Positions 36,181 to 36,310 of a DNA stretch of 36,310 bases are shown here, piece by piece. A program made the position numbers and the translations under genes. Source of the DNA: Elusimicrobiota bacterium (GTDB lineage Bacteria; Elusimicrobiota; Elusimicrobia; O2-12-FULL-59-9); contig JACQRQ010000268.1 in the NCBI GenBank assembly GCA_016206405.1, forward strand, positions 1 through 36,310, read 5' to 3'. Numbering within the stretch: the stretch's first letter is position 1; the number at the start of each line of letters is the position of its first letter. The notes under the pieces are model-generated. The model was given only the letters and a program-made list of their open reading frames with translations, was not told the origin of the DNA and made no database searches.

Positions 36181-36310
36181 TCAACAATCTGGCCGACGAC
36201 TCCGGCGCCGACGGTGTGGCCGCCTTCCCGGATGGCGAAACGCAGCCCGTTTTCCATCGCCACCGGGCACATCAGCTCCACCACCACCTCCACGCTGTCG
36301 CCGGGCATCA
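36177..36310 (-). CDS. tuf: Elongation factor Tu, C-terminal fragment
   Basis: Manual translation [43 protein letters not shown]-stop. Confidence 0.96.
   Translation of the reverse strand, partial: MPGDSVEVVVELMCPVAMENGLRFAIREGGHTVGAGVVGQIVE

Overview
GC-rich bacterial chromosomal window with four blocks. (1) 1-9626 (+): a periplasmic-type nitrite oxidoreductase/nitrate reductase locus: 5'-truncated Mo-bisMGD alpha subunit, Fe-S beta subunit, TorD-like chaperone, a secreted heme b (EbdC-like) plus cytochrome c fusion subunit, tatA, a degenerate moeA, mobA, moaA and a TatD-associated-type radical SAM gene. (2) 9723-15861: Sel1-repeat protein, orphan secreted protein, thiolase, DUF3307-like protein and CHASE2 adenylate cyclase. 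(3) 15941-26929 (+): an apparently uncharacterised biosynthetic operon with a nucleotidyltransferase-like protein, three cobalamin-binding radical SAM enzymes, two class I methyltransferases, a frameshifted radical SAM/SPASM gene, a GT87-like glycosyltransferase and a Wzx-like flippase. (4) 26635-36310: gltA-sucCD, a CNNM-CBS-PTS EIIA fusion, and tuf(3' end)-rpmG-tRNA-Trp-secE-nusG-rplK-rplA followed directly by a membrane pyrophosphatase instead of rplJL-rpoB. A dispersed family of degenerate 8-nt tandem arrays (consensus CACTCTAC) occurs at seven gene junctions and is translated in two genes. moeA carries a 96-bp hairpin-rich in-frame insertion bounded by an 8-bp direct repeat. The host may be Elusimicrobiota (weak inference from the EF-Tu [10 protein letters not shown] tail); this cannot be established from the window. 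All family assignments are from motif recognition, not database searches.
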